A stretch of 64,000 nucleotides of DNA from Heteronotia binoei. Its lineage: Eukaryota. Shown here piece by piece: positions 25,651 to 38,089 of the stretch (within the stretch, counting starts at the first letter, position 1; every line of letters begins with the position of its first letter). The DNA is taken from NCBI RefSeq assembly GCF_032191835.1, contig NC_083229.1, forward strand, positions 86,180,001 to 86,244,000. Direction: 5' to 3'. Made by a program: the position numbers and the translations under genes. The notes below the pieces were generated by a model that saw only the letters and a list, made by a program, of their open reading frames with translations, made no database searches and was not told where the DNA came from.

Positions 25651-27796
25651 TCTCCTTCCCACTCAACAGCCAGCTTTCCTTTAGCTACCCTTCTGTCTTG
25701 CGTTCCCCCTCCCACAGCCTCTACCTAGAAAAACTGTCCAATTTTGTGATGCCAGCTGGTGAACTCAATCATGGTTGGAACCCTTAAGGACTTATGGAGT
25801 GGCACCTCACTTTCCTCTGTATTCCTCTTCCCCCATTATTTTCTCTTCCCGTCCCATGGGCAGCTCCCATACCCTCTCTCCTTTCCCTGCCTCATTCTCT
25901 TTTTCTCAGCCTTTCACTAGCCTACCTTTATCTATCTCCCATATTCAGTAATATGTATTATTTATTAACTTCATTTATACCCCTCCTTTCTTGACAGTAT
26001 GACCCTGTAGCAAGACAGGTGGGTAGGTAAGGACTTGTGTGAACTCTCTCAAGTTAAACAAAACTTACTTTCTTTGAGGCACAAACTCTGGTTATTGCGA
26101 ATAAAAGAATCTAAGCACAGAAAGGAAATAAAAAAAGACAGATGCTAACTAAAATTCTAACAATCCATGTTGCATCTGATTTGGGTTGTTGCAGAATGCT
26201 CTGACCTGGTGCATCTGCAGTTCTCATTAGCATCCTTCATGACAAAACACACAATACAAGGAGTTCCCAATAAGGTGTTCCCTCCAAGAGTTTGACCAAG
26301 AATAAGCCCAAACAAAGGAACAGCCTCATTTTTACTTCACCCTATATGTGTCCTTTGGTCTTCAGCCAATCTGGGTGCTAGGCTTTGGGGCTTCAGTCTG
26401 CCAAATCTATACCCTCCAAACAACAGGTGTTAACACATTAAAGAGCTGGTGTATATCTCACAAAGAACATATTTTCCCCTTCTTCCTGGCCACAAAGACG
26501 TCTGCAGCAGTTTCCATCACCATAACTGTCCAGGCATCTCTTACCCCTCTGTGTCTCACCTCAACACAAACACCTCTTTCATAAGAAACAGGAAAAATAA
26601 ATCTAAAGCAAATAAATTAAAGAAGAAACAAGAGAGGAAATAAATAAAGAGACAAGAGGTTAGTAAAAGCAGCTGAAAGAGCAGATGTAGAAAGAACAAC
26701 TGAATATTAATCAGCATATATATCTCTCCCATTACAGATTATCTCAATAATTGTAGTGTTTTTATCCTGTTAGCTGCTTCAGGCAGATCTATGGAGAAGT
26801 GGTGCATAACTTATAAATGAATAATAAATAAGTTCCAAAGCATTCAAAGATAACAAATAGAAATCAAACAAGAGAACTCAAGAAATCTAGCATGGCAAGG
26901 AAATATTCTACAACAGAAGCTAAAGAAATGTGCTTAGAAAGACAACAGAACCATGAACATCGAGATTCCACAAAAAAGGAAAGGATTGAATTATTAACAG
27001 TATTAAAAGCTAATGATGAAGAACAGTGGAGAACTGGCACTGGTCTAGGCTATGTATGGGATGAGGAGTTGCTTAATAGAGCTGTTACTCCCATTGTAGG
27101 TCCTTGTAAATTAAGCTGTACACCTTCATTTAACCTGTAATGACTATGCCTTGTTACCCTGTCTGCTCTCTCTGTATGTATGTATGTATGTATGCATGTG
27201 CATGCACATGTATGGGTAAATCTATATCTTACAAGATTTATATTAGTACTTCCCCTCTGGCATTGTTAAAACAGTATGTTGAGAGAATTCAACAGGAAAT
27301 ATGTCAGCATCCCACCTTTATGTTACAAAATCATGTTTTAATTTCTACTGATTGGTAAGTAATTATAATGTAAAACCCATATAAATGTTTCTTGATATCT
27401 TTTCTCTTTTCTAAGTTTAATCCTTTCCTACAATTTGTGCTTTCAATATTATGATTATCATTTATTTAACAGTGCAATAATGTTGCACTCAATTTTGTTG
27501 TGTTCCTTAAATGTGTTTTTATCCCATCAAGAATGCATTAACCTACTTTAGCGCACAAAAAAAGAATTATAAATGTGTCCCAAATATTTTGTTTTGAATA
27601 GCGAGGTTATATTAGATAAATTCATTTTACATACGATAGACATATTGCAAATGCCACTGTCTGATTCCCTCTGTTGAGATATAAAGCCTGCAAACTGAAG
27701 AGCACTTTTCTTGAGTGGGCCCAATTCAGTCTCTTATACTTCTGAGTAGCCTTGCTTAGGCTTGCTGTCCGTAGTAACTTGACTATAGACACTAAT

Positions 27797-28162
27797 TAGG
27801 AATGGGCACCACCACATTTTTGCAGTTCAGTCTGATTTGAACTCAACAACAAACTGATACGCTGGTTTGCAAACTGAACCAGTTCATATTGGTTTGTGGG
27901 CCATTTAAAGTTTAAACCCCTGCCTTCTGCTCCCTGCAACTTTTCACGGGGGGGGGGGGGGGGTAGAAAGCAGTAATTAAATGACTCAGAGCAGAAAGCA
28001 GATATAAACCCCTGCTTTCTCCTTACAAATTGCTATGAACTGCAACAAAACTCATAGAAGTTCTTGGCCGTTCTTCAGTTTGTGAACATCACTTTGCAAA
28101 CCATGAACTGGCCAAAATTTGTGATGAACTTGTGATGATCAACCAGTTCATGCCCATCCATA
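27797..28162. mobile_element. hAT-like MITE (TAGGGATGGGC-type ends), decayed
   Basis: Ends TAGGAATGGGC...GCCCATCCATA. A related fragment starts at 14561. Confidence 0.55.
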
Positions 28163-28899
28163 GTATTAATGCAGTTGGAAAAACAAGATGAAAAGCAATC
28201 ATGTTATGGTTTATTGCTTTTGCCAGGCTTGCTCAATCACACGGGAGTTATGGAGCAAAGCCTCCATTTTCTCTATGGGTTGAGGCTCCTTCCTTGGGAG
28301 GAAGGGGGAGGAAGGGAGAGCTTGCTTTGCCAGGCTGTCTCAATCACATAGCAGAGCTTCTCTTCCTTCTCTTGACTGAGGCTCCTCAGAGCAAGAGTTA
28401 TCAGTTATCAGAGACTGTTAAATAAAATATTCTGCGTCCTTTATAAAGTTTATATCTTCACTGCCTGGCATTACATTTTATGACACACATGGCTCGGTCT
28501 GATAAAGTCTCAATTATGTCAGATCCGGTCCTCCTAACAAATGAGTTTGACATCCCTGTAAAAGTCATTGTCTATGAAAGCTCTCACAACTATACAGCTG
28601 TCTTTACATTTCCAACAGACTTGTTTTTTATTGGAACAAATTTAATACACATATAATTTTGAAATATTATGCCTGTGTTATTAGCAAATTATAAGGCAAA
28701 CAGTTACATCATTGGAAATTCTCTTTCAATTTGATCTTTCCTATCTAGTAGTAGCGGTGGTGGTAGTAGTAGTAAAATAATTAATTAAATATGGCAATAT
28801 ATGTATAGCCAGGAGATCCTAAGATTGCCTGGAAGCCAGAAGTTCTAGGTCTTTTAGCATTATGCACCAGTAGGTGGCAAGCTAGACTTGTTTTTAATG

Positions 28900-29033
28900 C
28901 ATAAGACATTTCAGAGGTGGTTTGCCCTTGCCTTTCTCTGCATCATGACCCTTCCAAATACTAGGCAAGGCCAACCCTGCTTAGCTTCTGAGATCTGATG
29001 AGATCAGGCTATCCTGGGCTATCCAGGTCAGGG
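28900..29033 (-). mobile_element. 5S rRNA-derived SINE fragment (5S-Sauria-like)
   Basis: Minus strand gcctgatctcatcagatctcagaagctaagcagggttggcc resembles 5S rRNA GCCCGATCTCGTCTGATCTCGGAAGCTAAGCAGGGTCGGGCC. It is followed by gaaaggcaagggcaaaccacctctg, resembling the Sauria/Bov-B body. Confidence 0.7.
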
Positions 29034-29301
29034 TTTTCCTATTGTAGAGTATCGGACTCTGCACCCGCGCCGCGCAAGCCGGGACGTCCTCGGGTTACCT
29101 GGCGCAGCGCGGGAATAGTCACCGCCAATCAAGACCAAGCGCGGGAAGTTTAACTGGCCAGGATTGGGCTGGCCAGCAGGGGGGTTGATCCGGGGTGCAT
29201 GTATATATTAGCGGACCCGGCCGCGTGTTCCTCAGTTCTGTAATGTACCAGCGATTAAAGACCAATGCCTTAACCACGTCTCGTCTCCCAGTACATTACA
29301 C

Positions 29302-29319
29302 TGGCGACGAAGGTGGGAT
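29302..29319 (+). other. Primer-binding site complementary to the 3' end of tRNA-Ser(GCU)
   Basis: TGGCGACGAAGGTGGGAT lies 1 nt after the 5' LTR and is complementary to ...AUCCCACCUUCGUCG-CCA. The tRNA identity comes from my recall of vertebrate tRNA-Ser(GCU) 3' ends. Confidence 0.75.
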
Positions 29320-29384
29320 CTAGATAGGTCCGGCAGGAGACGAGGACGGCGAGAGACCGCAGGATCGGGCAGCCCGCCGCCACC

Positions 29385-32300
29385 ATGGCGAACTCGAGTG
29401 TAACGACGGGCCATCTTGCGGAATTCAACCCGGAGCACCCCGAGAGATGGGAGACCTACACCGAAAGGGTCGAGTGCTACCTGCGGGCGAACCTGATCGA
29501 CGATGACGAAAGAAAGAGAGACGTCCTGCTGAGCGTCTGTGGCGAAGAGACCTTCGAGATCGCACGAGGTCTCTCCGCTCCAGCTAAGCTGACGGAGAGG
29601 ACCTACCGGGAAGTCGTGAGGCTCCTCACGGGCCACTTCTCACCCCAACCGTCCATCGTCGCCCGCCGATTCCTCTTCCACAAGAGGGACCAAAAGTCGG
29701 GGGAGACAGCGGCGGTCTACCTGGCGGCCCTTCGGCAGATCGCCGGAAATTGCAACTTTGATAAAAGGGACGAAGCCCTGCGGGACCGTTTCGTCTGGGG
29801 CCTCCGCGACGAGCGATTGCAGCAGAAACTCTTCGCGAAGGAGGAGCTAACGCTACAACAAGCCTTCAACGAGGCGACGGCCTTCGAGAGGGCCACCAAG
29901 GCGTTCGGCCAGCCACGAGGTGAAGCAGTCCACCAAGGAGAAACGGAGCCAGAAGACCGAACAGAGGAAGAAGCGTTCCAACTCCGACGGCCCCAAAGAA
30001 CGGACACAAGGGCCCCCGCTAGACAGCGAGCGACGGAGAGGGCCACCGCCACCACCGGTCCCAGGTGCGCCAGCTGCGGCGACCCCCACGAGCGCCGGGA
30101 CTGCCCGTACCGCAACCTGGACTGCCGCAGCTGCGGAAAGACGGGCCACATCGCTCGGGCTTGCCGGGCCAAGAACAGCCGCCGACAACCATCAGCGCAT
30201 CACGACTCCCTGGACACCCACACGACGGCATCCACCACTCTGCAGGTATTGAACTTGCCCCTCTCGGCCCCAGACAAGGTCAAAATGTCGGTCCTAATCG
30301 AGGGCGCCCCCTGCACCATGGAAGTGGACTCGGGTTCCTCCATCTCTATCATTTCGGAGGAAACCCTCAAGAAACTATGCCCCCGCCGCCGCCTTCAAAC
30401 GAGGCCAGCGGACTTCGTACTGAGGGACTTTCAGAAGAACCCAGTACACATCGTGGGGTGGGCCCGGGTGCATGTGGAAAGAAGGGGTTTCAGGGGGCCC
30501 CTAGACATCCTAGTGGTCAAGCGCCAACTGACCACACTTCTAGGGTTGGCTTGGTTCAATCCCCTGGGGATCCAGCTGGTGGGGGTGGACCACTTGCAGG
30601 CAAGCACTTTCGACGGGGTCTGCCGGGAGTTCCCCGAGGTCTTTGACGGGTCGTTGGGGAGCTATAAGGGTCCGCCCATCACCCTACCGATTGACCCAAT
30701 GGTCAGGCCCATAAGGCTTAAAGCGAGGCGCGTCCCGTTCGCCCTCAAGCCGAAAATAGAGGCAGAACTGGACCGCCTAACGGCCCAGGGCGTCTTAGAA
30801 CCGGTAACATACGCGGAATGGGAAACCCCCATAGTAACGCCCGTCAAACCCAATGGGGAGGTGAGGATCTGCGCTGACTACAAGTGCACGATCAATAAGG
30901 CGCTACAAGACAACCCCTACCCAGTCCCGGTGGTCAGCCACGTCCTAGCAGCGCTAGCCGGGGCGAAGGTTTTTGGGAAGCTGGACTTAGCACAAGCATA
31001 CCAGCAACTGCCGGTCGACGCTAAGACAGCGGAGGCGCAGACGATTGTGACCCACAGGGGCGCGTTCAGGGTTAAAAGGCTGCAGTTCGGGGTCAGTGTG
31101 GCTCCGGGGATATTCCAGAGCATAATGGACTCTCTCCTTAAAGGGATCCCCGGAGTTCAACCCTTCTTTGACGACGTTTTAATCGCCGCCCCCAATGAAG
31201 GAGAGTTCTGCTGCCGCCTGCGCGAGGTCCTCAGACGGTTCCAAGCGGCGGGGCTGAGAGTCAAAAAGGAGAAATGTTTGTTAGGTGTCCCGCGAGTGGA
31301 GTTCCTGGGGTTCGCCGTGGACGCGGCGGGGATACACCCGACGGCGGACAAGACCAGGGCCATAGTCCAGGCGCCTGCGCCCAAATGCAAGGCAGAACTA
31401 CAGAGTTTTTTAGGATTGTTGAACTTTTATCACACGTTCCTACCGCACAAAGCCGCCGTAGCGGAACCGTTGCACCGTTTGCTGGATAAACAGGCCCCGT
31501 GGGTCTGGGGCCAACGCCAAGCCGCGGCGTTCCAAGCAGTGAAGGACCTCTTGGTCTCTAACGCGGTACTTCACCACTACGACGAAAACCTACCCCTGAT
31601 CCTAGCTTGCGACGCCTCCCCCTACGGAGTAGGAGCGGTTTTGGGGCACCAACTCCCGGACGGGAGGGAAGTGCCAGTCGCGTACTATTCACGGACTCTA
31701 TCCCCAGCGGAGCGGAACTACGCTCAAATCGACAAGGAGGCCTTGGCGATCGTGGCGGGGGTGCACAAGTTCAACGACTACCTCTACGGTAGGCGTTTCA
31801 CCATCGCCACTGACCACAAGCCGCTCCTGGGGCTCCTAGCTCCAGACCGTCAGACCCCCCAAATCCTATCCCAGAGGGTCCTGAGGTGGAACCAGTTCCT
31901 GAACTCCTACACGTATGAACTGGTCCACCGCCCGGGTAAAGCCATGGGACACGCCGATGCCCTCAGCCGCCTGCCGCTCCCCATGACAGAACCGGACCCC
32001 GCCCCTGCACACGGGGTAATGCTCATGGAATCGCTCCCCGAGCGCCCCCTGCACGCGGCGGAGGTGGCTCGGGCAACAGGGAGGGACCGCATCCTGGCAC
32101 GGGTCAGGGACTGGGTGGGGAGGGGGTGGCCATCAGGCAAAGTCGAAGACGCGTTCAGGCCGTTCGCGTCCAGGAAGGACGAGCTATCAACCCACAAGGG
32201 GTGTGTGCTTTGGGGCAGCCGGGTGGTAGTCCCCCCCCCCCTTGCGCAAGCAGGTACTGGAAGACCTCCACGAGACCCACCCGGGCATCGTGAGGATGAA

Positions 32301-33387
32301 AGCCCTGGCCCGTAGTTATGTGTGGTGGCCGGGCATGGATGAGGAGATAGAGGGGTGGGTGAGGAGGTGCCAACCCTGCCAAGAATCCCGGCCCGATCCC
32401 CCATCAGCCCCGGCCCACAGATGGGAGTCTAACAGGCGACCATGGTCCCGCCTCCACTTAGATTTTGCAGGCCCGTATCAGGGCCAAATCTTTTTTATAC
32501 TTGTGGACGCCTACACAAAATGGCTGGAGGTGATTCCAGTAGCCTCGACCTCCACGGCAGCAGCCGTCCGGGCACTCAGGAGGGTCCTATGCACGCACGG
32601 GATCCCAGACACCCTGGTGACGGATAACGGAACTGCATTCACCTCCCGGGAATTCAGGGAGTTCACGGAGAGGTACCTCATACGACACATAAGATCCGCA
32701 CCCTTCCATCCGGCCACCAACGGCCAGGCGGAGCGGATGGTGCGGACCACCAAGGAAGCACTGGGGAGAATAGTACAAGGGGATTGGGACCACCGCCTCT
32801 CAGCCTTCCTGTTCCACAACAGGATCACCCCAAACCCGATAACGGGATCCAGCCCCGCAGAACTGCTTATGGGGAGGAAACTGACAACACGCCTAGACAG
32901 GCTGCACCCCGACCGGGCCCCCGAGGTCCGCGGGTCCCCAGAGGTCCGGGAGGCGGTGCGGGGGTTCTTTCCGGGGGACCCGGTATACGCGAAGAACTTC
33001 GCAAGCGGTCCCGAGTGGGTCGCGGGGAGAGTCCTTAGGGTGACAGGTTCCAGGTCATACGAAGTGACCACCGAAGGGGGCCAGGTACTAAGGCGACACA
33101 TAGATCAGCTGCGCCGCCGCACCCTACCTGAAGTAACAGAGGAGGTAGGGAATAGGGAACCGCGGGCAACCGAAGGTCCGGAGGGGCGCTCGCCAATACA
33201 GGAACTACCCACGTATGACGCCCCCAGAGACACCGAACCAGAGCCGGAGCCCGAAACAGACCCCAACATCCCGCAGCCAGAAGCAGCATCGCCCACAACG
33301 GAACCAGCCTCCGCACCAAGAGCGACCCCGAGGAGATCGACACGGGAACGGAGAACACCTGCGTACCTCCGGGACTATGTGGTTTAA
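29385..33387 (+). CDS. Gag-Pol polyprotein (Gag with 2 Zn knuckles, protease, RT, RNase H, integrase); one +1 frameshift in a C11 run at 32231-32241
   Basis: CASCGDPHERRDC and CRSCGKTGHIARAC; protease EVDSGSS; RT KLDLAQAYQQ and FFDD; RNase H ACDASPYG; integrase HETH...CQPC, HLDFAG, VTDNG, AERMV; GPY/F-like GFFPGDPVY. Confidence 0.93.
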
Positions 33388-35404
33388 ACTAAGGGGGGAG
33401 GAGTGTAGAGTATCGGACTCTGCACCCGCGCCGCGCAAGCCGGGACGTCCTCGGGTTACCTGGCGCAGCGCGGGAATAGTCACCGCCAATCAAGACCAAG
33501 CGCGGGAAGTTTAACTGGCCAGGATTGGGCTGGCCAGCAGGGGGGTTGATCCGGGGTGCATGTATATATTAGCGGACCCGGCCGCGTGTTCCTCAGTTCT
33601 GTAATGTACCAGCGATTAAAGACCAATGCCTTAACCACGTCTCGTCTCCCAGTACATTACACCTATCTAGTGATGTTGTTAAATATTTCCTCACCATGCT
33701 AAACAGTTATACCAATTTTAAAGTCTTTTCAGTCCTTATTTTCCTTCACTAATTTGTTCCATTTGATATAATTCATTGCATTGTTCTTGGAACTTGTATC
33801 ATCTTTACCATAGCTTTCCACATGTTTCTTGGGTAATTCCTGCTCATCATCTTGCTTCTTCTAGGAGTTTCAACAGGCTTTGTTTTTCATTATGTACAGC
33901 CTTTCTTTGGTTGATCTTGTTAATACAATGGTGTCTAGTATTTTTATACTGATGACCATGTTATCACTATTTTGTTTTCAAGAGCTGCAGAGTTATAAAA
34001 AAATGGTAACATTGGTTTCCAAATGGATACATACACACTGTGGAGGTCATCTGAATTCACCTTTACTTTGTACTTCTGCCCTTGATGCCTTAAAATAGGG
34101 GAGCCAAACGTGTCCCATGGGCCTAATCCATCCCCCAGAGGGCCAGCAAATAGCTCTTGTCTCCTTTCTTCTCCCTCACCTGCTTCCTTTGGTCACCATT
34201 GTTGTGTTTCTCACCTGCTTTCTTTGTTTGCCATTTTTGTTCTTTTCCCTGCAATGCAGCCAAGCCAAGCAGCCTCTTGCTCTTCCCCTCTTCCCCCCTC
34301 CTTTTTCCCCAAGGGAGGAGGATGTAAGGGGAGGAGGATTCAGCCAATGGATGGGCTTTGCTCTGTAGCTCTGCTTTGCAATCGATACAGCCTGGCTCTC
34401 TTAATCAAACAGCAGAGCTACACTTTGAGCTTTCCCACCACTTTGCTCTTCTACACTACCTTTCCCTATTCCCTTCCCTATCCTAGGCCCTGACCACATT
34501 AAAGGCTGTTCCTCCCCAAGCCACTAGTGATCCCTCTAATCCTCCTTTGCCTGGGTCCAGGCAGCCAGGAGAATCTCAGAGGTAGTCATGTCATTCTTAC
34601 CATAGACCTGTAGAGAGTCTCTGTGTGCTGTCTCACTGGGCCAAGTGCATTCTGACTGTCCCATCTCTGGGACACCTGCTGGTCGTGGTTACCCCTTTCC
34701 CCTTGGGAGGTCCCACCAAGGTCGTTAAGCAGTTCTCAATCCACCTGGTATCTAGGCATGCCTCTTGCAGGTCAGGTAGAACACTTGACTGGAGTGAGAA
34801 CGCAAATGAATGCTTTCATGTCTCCCAACTCCATCCTTCCTTCTCTGTTTTGAGATGAAAAGTTGTACAAGGAATTTTTGGTTCCTCTATAGCTCTTTGT
34901 TTTCTGATTTATGCTAACTTGTAGCATTCTTTGATTTTAAAACCATAAGGTTTCCCTGTGCATTGAGATTTTGACCGTTTTCACACATAGCTTACCTCGC
35001 AGTCACAATCCTGTTCCCTCCGCAGCGTCTGTCAGATTTCCCACCATCTGCGCCGGAGTTACAGGAAGTGTCGCGGCTTTTGCGTAGCAAACGTAAACTG
35101 GGTTTACGTTTGTTTCAGCAAACTGTTACAGACTATGTTTACTTTTGGTGGCTTTACCACTTCTCAAACACATTACCACTTTAAGCAAAATGGGGTCTTA
35201 ATAAGGCAAGCATTAATTCCCTGATAGTATGGGTTTGGATGGCAAAGGGGGGAAGGAAGTGTCTTGTTAGAACATGATAACAGTTAAATTAACTCAAGAG
35301 GCTTGAACAATACGAGTAACCGGTAGAATTGGGAACTTTCCCAAAGAAATTAAATAGAAAGTTGTTTTTCCAATTTTACAATGAATCCCAGATAACTGAA
35401 AATT

Positions 35405-35720
35405 AGAAGAAGACTGCAGATTTATACCCCACCCTCACTCTGAATCAGAGACTCAGAGCAGTTTATAATCTCCTATATCTTCTCCCCTCACAACAGACAC
35501 CCTGTGAGGTAGGTGGGACTGAGAGGGCTCACAGCAGCTGCCCTTTCAAGGATAGCTATGCGATAGCTATTTACACATCGTTATTTACACATAGCTATTT
35601 ACACATATGCAATAGCTATGACTGATCCAAGGCCATTCCAGCAGCTGTGAGTGGAGGAGTGGGAATCAAACCACTTGGTTCTCCCAGATAAGAGTCCACA
35701 CACTTAACCACTGCACCAAA
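35405..35720 (-). mobile_element. tRNA-derived SINE (Squam3-like) with an internal patchwork insertion
   Basis: Same family as the copies above. AAATTA appears on both flanks. Extra repetitive sequence at 35551-35620. Confidence 0.85.
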
Positions 35721-36304
35721 ATTATGTTTGTATATTCCTGGTAACTATTATCTTCATGGGATAGCAAGAACTTGATGTATATTTCTAACTTGGTAGCTAG
35801 AACAGTTCATCTAAATCATATCATAACTTAATTTAGTTCTCATTAAAGATTCACTTTTCCTATAATAGCAGATCACATCAGTTTCTTAAATGGAGCCCAA
35901 AGGATTTCTTATGTTTACTCTGAAGTTCCTTGATGCTTGCTTTTTCTCTTTAAATTAGTAAGTCTCAGAGGTCTTTTCCAAGATGAGTTGACAATGCATA
36001 TCTTGTCTTGGTCCTCTTGACTATTGTCCATGAGTTTCAGGTCATATAATATTTACTCATTAATTCAAGACTTAGAAGCTGATGGCTTCTGGTTATTCCT
36101 ATTCTAATTTTTTCCCCAACACTGGATTGTAGTTAGTGCAAACAGATTTTAAGGGATGCTTATTATTTAAGAGAAAATAAGATTTCTCCCATTTACACAT
36201 GAGTAAATTGTCATGATAGTCATTAGAGTGGAACTGTTGCAAATGAAGTTTGAAGTCTGAAAATAAACAGATGAATGTTTTCATTTTGGTCATCTGAGTG
36301 CAAC

Positions 36305-37075
36305 TGTTACCGGCAATGCTTTTGAGTCTCTTATTTTTAATGGGGAAATTAGCTAAGAGACTTGGTACAGCGAATTAGGAGCAAGGGATCTTTGCTTTCA
36401 ATGATACGGAGTTTGGGTTTTCAGCCAAGAATAGTCCAAGCAGTGATATTTTATAATGTTTTATTCAAGTATGTAAAAAAGTATTCACACACACAGGTAC
36501 ACAACAAACACCCAAGAAACTAGGAAAAATAGAGGTTATCGATAGAAGAATTGTAGGGTCATTGAAGCTGGTGATATTCACCTGATTCAGAAAAGGAGAC
36601 GTCCATTCAGTGGAAAAGTATAGAGAGAGGGACGACCACGACCAGCGTGACGTGCCCTATAGACCCAATTACAGGAGTAACAGGGGGTACAGACTGCAAA
36701 TGGTGCCCTACAGAATGCACACCGAAATGGGTTTTTGACCCATATTATATAGAGATCTGAAGGATGGGGATCATTAGTTGCTAAAGAGTCATTGATGGCC
36801 CGGTGATGGCTTTCTTGAATAGATATTTAATTAAAACAATAGATCGGGAATTCCATGCATTTACTAGAACGATGAGCTAGGACGTGGCTGAATGATTTGT
36901 TACCAGTTTTGGCTGACACTCAGGAAGGGACCCTTTAGGAAAGACAAAGACCTTGAGTGTTAGGATGGGTCTTATCATGAATTTGAATAGAAGTGGCAGA
37001 GTGGAGAGAATGGGTCGAAAGAAGAGGCCATCGACAGGTAGCAGAAGATCAGGGTGAGAATAACACTTACCAACA
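36305..37075 (-). mobile_element. Probable solo LTR
   Basis: TGTT...AACA ends. Minus-strand TATA-like CTATATAA at about 36750 and AATAAA at about 36462. No convincing TSD found. Confidence 0.45.
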
Positions 37076-38089
37076 GTTCCCATGTTATTATGCATCCTGT
37101 CTGGGTGGAGGCATTTGGGGAGGGGGGAATAGTTGAGACTGCACTGAGAGGCAGACTTCAGGCACCAACCAGAACAAGCTCTCTATGGAGTCCACTCCAC
37201 CTTTAGATGGGGTGTTTTCTTGGCCTGTTTCTGGTCAGACTCCATTTTGTTTCCAGGAACAGGAGTCCCACTCTCTCTCTAGGTACTGGGGTACTCCATT
37301 TTATTAGGCAGCGCCTCTCAGTAACAAAATACCCTTTTTTAAAGGAGGATTTTGTGTTGACTATTGCAAGAGTTTAATTGAGGTATTTGGAGACAGTGTT
37401 GGTGTAAATTTCTCTCACCCATCTTAGGGAATTGATTTCACTAACAGACCAGCATTTCTCAAGAGGCTTAGCAGTGCTCAGATTAATTTAGCAGAGATAT
37501 TTCTTCATCTATTTTTTTCAGTAGTCCTGAAAATTTTTCCATTGGAGAAGTGGGACAGCTCAAACATTTTCATGCTGTACATCTTGAATGTAAAAAACCT
37601 TGCCTTAAGAAGCATTTTACTTGAAGAAAAATACCTCATAGTAGTTTATTTTCAATGGCCTATCTATTTTTCCAAGTTTGTCAGTGAAAAATTAAATTAA
37701 ATGAAAGTTCAAAGGGGTTACACAAGACAGCCCAAAGCAGCTTTCACAGGAAGTAGAAAGCAGGGGTTTAAAGGGACTTGGAATCACTTTAAACCCGCTT
37801 TCTTCTCTATCCACAAACAGCTACGAAGTGCTTTAAAAGTTTGTGGAAGTTAATGGACTTCTGTTCACAAACCACAAGCAGGGCAAAAAATGTAATTAAT
37901 TTTGCTTTGTGGTTTGGTTTGTTCCCATCCCTACTGATGATTACAGCCTTCACCAGTTTTTATAAGGGATTTTAAATTGTTTTTAAATTAATATTTAAAA
38001 TATTTTTAAATTTTAAAATATTTTTAGAAATAGTTAGGAAGACAGTGGGGATACAGAAAAGAGAAGGGGTAAATACAACGCAATTGCAT

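Larger units (their letters stand above)
29043..33661 (+). mobile_element. Full-length Ty3/Gypsy LTR retrotransposon (Mag-like clade), very recent
   Basis: TG...CA LTRs at 29043-29300 and 33404-33661, 258 bp each and identical by eye. 5-bp TSD CCTAT at 29038-29042 and 33662-33666. Primer-binding site (PBS) at 29302-29319 and polypurine tract AAGGGGGGAGGAG at 33391-33403. Confidence 0.97.

Noticed and set aside
27948-27963. Long G/C homopolymers (also about 15325-15338 and 61978-61992) as G-quadruplex signals
   Set aside because: These are simple homopolymer runs within MITE spacers or unique sequence, and their lengths are unreliable in assemblies.
28947-29033. 5S rRNA gene
   Set aside because: The match is partial and diverged, and it is fused to a SINE body.
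29232-33514. Many overlapping alternative-frame and antisense ORFs (e.g. 30065-30646 +, 32511-33101 -)
   Set aside because: These are expected shadows of a GC-rich Gag-Pol ORF and show no independent motifs.
445-35720. All four full-length SINEs are antisense to PTPRM
   Set aside because: The sample is too small, and antisense bias of intronic retroelements is already well known.
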